The notes under the pieces were generated by a model. That model ran no database searches and was not told the origin of the DNA. It was given only the letters and a program-made list of their open reading frames with translations. The position numbers and the translations under genes are program-made. A stretch of DNA of 63,017 nucleotides, the filler included, from Octopus bimaculoides (taxonomy: Eukaryota), in assembly GCF_001194135.2 (NCBI RefSeq). It is 4 parts of 4 records of this genome, joined end to end, with 100 filler letters (N's around TTAATTAATTAA, not from the genome) between each part and the next. Parts side by side here need not be neighbours in the genome. Positions count along the whole stretch, not along the records: positions 57,563 to 63,017 come from NC_068997.1; 3 more parts are not named here. One strand, written 5' to 3'. Numbering within the stretch: position 1 is the stretch's first letter; each line of letters begins with the position of its first letter. Below are positions 61,001 to 63,017 of this stretch, piece after piece.

Positions 61001-62735
61001 TTATCACCATCCATTTTTCCAAGCTTGCATAAGTTGGATGGAGTTCATTTGAGGCAGCTTTTCTGTGGCCAGATGCCCTTACTGTCACCGACCCTCACCT
61101 GTTATTTTAAGTAAGGTAATATTTCCCCATGGCCAGGACATACTGACACAGAATAGCGGACATGAACGACACTGCTTGTATGACAGTGATACTCCTTTAC
61201 AACTACCATCCACTGTCAGGGCAAGGAGATACACACACACACAAACTGATCAACCACATACAGGCTCCCTCAATGCTTCACTATTCTCATTGTGAACAAA
61301 ATAGGAGAAGTACAGAAGATTTAGTATTTCAATCAGTATATTTTGACTGTATGAGCTTGACAAAGCCCACCCCTCCACTACAAGCTATACTCATGGTAAC
61401 TATTTCTAGCAGTTCAAGTGACCACACAGAGACCTCCCTTGTTGGTTTGCCATTTAGTGGTACACTGTCCACTCAGCCAGCTATGTCCCCAAAACACAAA
61501 AACAGAAAACGAGACTTACTTATGTAGACTGTATAACCCCAAGAAAATAGCTATCACTCCAGCTGCTGTCCTGAAATATTCAAATTGAAGACAATACAAA
61601 CAGAAATGTCTGGAATATCACGGTGCATTTGCTTTATTCACAGTTCATACTGTCTACTAAGTGCACATAACAAAATAGTTCTAAACATGCTAATTCATAT
61701 ACACCCACACCCACACGAACATAACAATAGTTTAGACAATTGTTGATTTGATGTCAAGAAATTTAATAAATTCTAGCAAGATTCAGAAAAATCTCCAAGC
61801 TCACTTAGTGAAGGTGAGACAAAGTCTGTAGAGGAAATGGTTTAGTACCTTAATTATTGTATTTCTAATGGAATTTACCATCTTGCCATCATTTTCTCCA
61901 CTGTGTTAACATCTGTTCTTCCATGCTTCCATGGTGTAGTTGGAATTTGCTGTTGAAGATTTTTCTATGGCTGGATGCCTTTCCTGTCAGCAACCTACAC
62001 CTGTTTCCAAGCAAGGAAATATTTCCCTATGGACTGACATATTTCTCACAGAAGACTAGAAAGGAACAACCTCACTTCTATGTAGATGACGATAATACTC
62101 ATTTACAACTATCACATGATATCTAGATAAGAGTACACACACACACACACATATATATATATACATGATGGGCTTCTTTCAGTTTCCTTCTTGCAAATCT
62201 ACAGGCAAGGCTTTGTTTGGTCCAAGGCTATAGTAGAAGACACTTGCCCAAGGTGCCACATAGTGAGACTGAACCCAGAACCATGTGGCTAGGAAGCAAG
62301 CTTCTTAATCACACAGCCATGTCACTCAGTAATGTTGTTGGGATTTTAAGCTGAACCCTAAATGGATTCCATAGGGGAAGGCTGTTTTCATTCCATTCTT
62401 CATACGAAGTATTTTCTCCTATTCCATTGTTTTCCTGCATGTGATATCACCTGAACCAGCTTATATAGCCACTAGAAACAACAACCAAATCAGTTCGAGC
62501 AACACATTATACAGACATAAATATATATATATTTATTACATACTTCAGGCAATGGTTATTAAGTTTTCATCAAGACATACAACCGGATGCAATCACCAAT
62601 AATGGACAAAATAGAGTTTGGTAATAGAATATGTGATACTTACACTAATTTGTAATTTCTATCTTTGTTCACTGTTGGCAGGAGAGGGAAAACGGCAAGT
62701 GCTAGGCAGGAAGTAACCCAGCCTAAAATTGGGAG
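58079..62735 (-). CDS. PIGN: GPI ethanolamine phosphate transferase 1, internal partial: exons complement(62644..62735, 61520..61570, 60299..60350, 59280..59388, 58079..58181)
   Basis: Five phase-compatible exons give LPILGWVTSCLALAVFPLLPTVNKDRNYKLVTAAGVIAIFLGLYSLHKMFPRESLMKTRKFGLFQVFLIGLAVYTVHSTANNLAVNQGLQPINQCISWLLLGSTFLLPLFSSQLVIERLHSILLSLYTLYTLMSTS. This matches the PIGN membrane region (W-x4-L-LAVFPL-x-P, QGLP-x-x-NQ-x-ISW, P-L-x-S-x6-RL-x-SILLSL). All acceptors are AG; donors GTAAGT, GTAAGT, GTAACC, GTAAGA, GTATCC. Confidence 0.93.
58760..59115 (-). mobile_element. tRNA-headed SINE (another family) in a PIGN intron
   Basis: rc head GGCACGTGGTCTAGTGGTTAGGGCGTTGCACTCATGATGGCCAAGTTGTAGGTTCAATTCCC with A/B boxes. 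Confidence 0.55.
60370..60644 (-). mobile_element. Hammerhead-bearing tRNA SINE, full copy in a PIGN intron, with an inverted tail fragment at 60645..60712
   Basis: Reverse complement of the same consensus; motif at 60464..60509. Confidence 0.8.
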
Positions 62736-63017
62736 CTGTAAAAGAATTTTAAAATGTGACATATTTCTCATCATCATTTAACGATGACAATGTGTGTATA
62801 TATATATATACAATTCCTCAGTCTACGCAGACTTTGTAGCGACAGCCATGACTTTGAGACTCAGTCTCAACTCATGGCTCACCACTTTAGCCTGCGTGGA
62901 TATCCACCCACCACCATCCACACCGCCCTTGCCAGAGCACGTTCTGTGGACCGTGCATCTGCTCCCCCCCCCCCGAACCTGCCCTCCCTTTTCCCCTCAC
63001 CTACCATCCCATCACCC

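Overview
AT-rich, microsatellite-saturated animal genomic DNA with many N gaps. The SINE families and repeat style point to an octopus (inference). The window is not one contig: three identical 100-nt spacers (44 N + TTAATTAATTAA + 44 N) at 20777, 35082 and 57463 join four scaffolds. Four spliced genes can be built by hand. (1) A complete secreted protein with three CBM14/ChtBD2 chitin-binding domains (minus, 5 exons, 298 aa, one GC-AG intron). (2) A complete BOLA2 (plus, 3 exons, 90 aa). (3) The first two exons of TMEM120, cut off by a scaffold join. (4) Five internal exons of PIGN (minus), the last ending at a textbook U12-type donor. The rest is SINEs, Tc1/mariner and R4-type LINE remnants, MITE-like foldbacks and simple repeats, plus a few unassigned candidate exons. 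Almost all long ORFs in the supplied track are microsatellite or N artefacts. The most interesting signal is a tRNA-headed (A-box/B-box) SINE whose tail carries a minimal Penelope-type hammerhead ribozyme fold with a palindromic stem III. It occurs four times and shows Penelope-like inverted junctions. No rRNA, true tRNA gene or CRISPR array was found.
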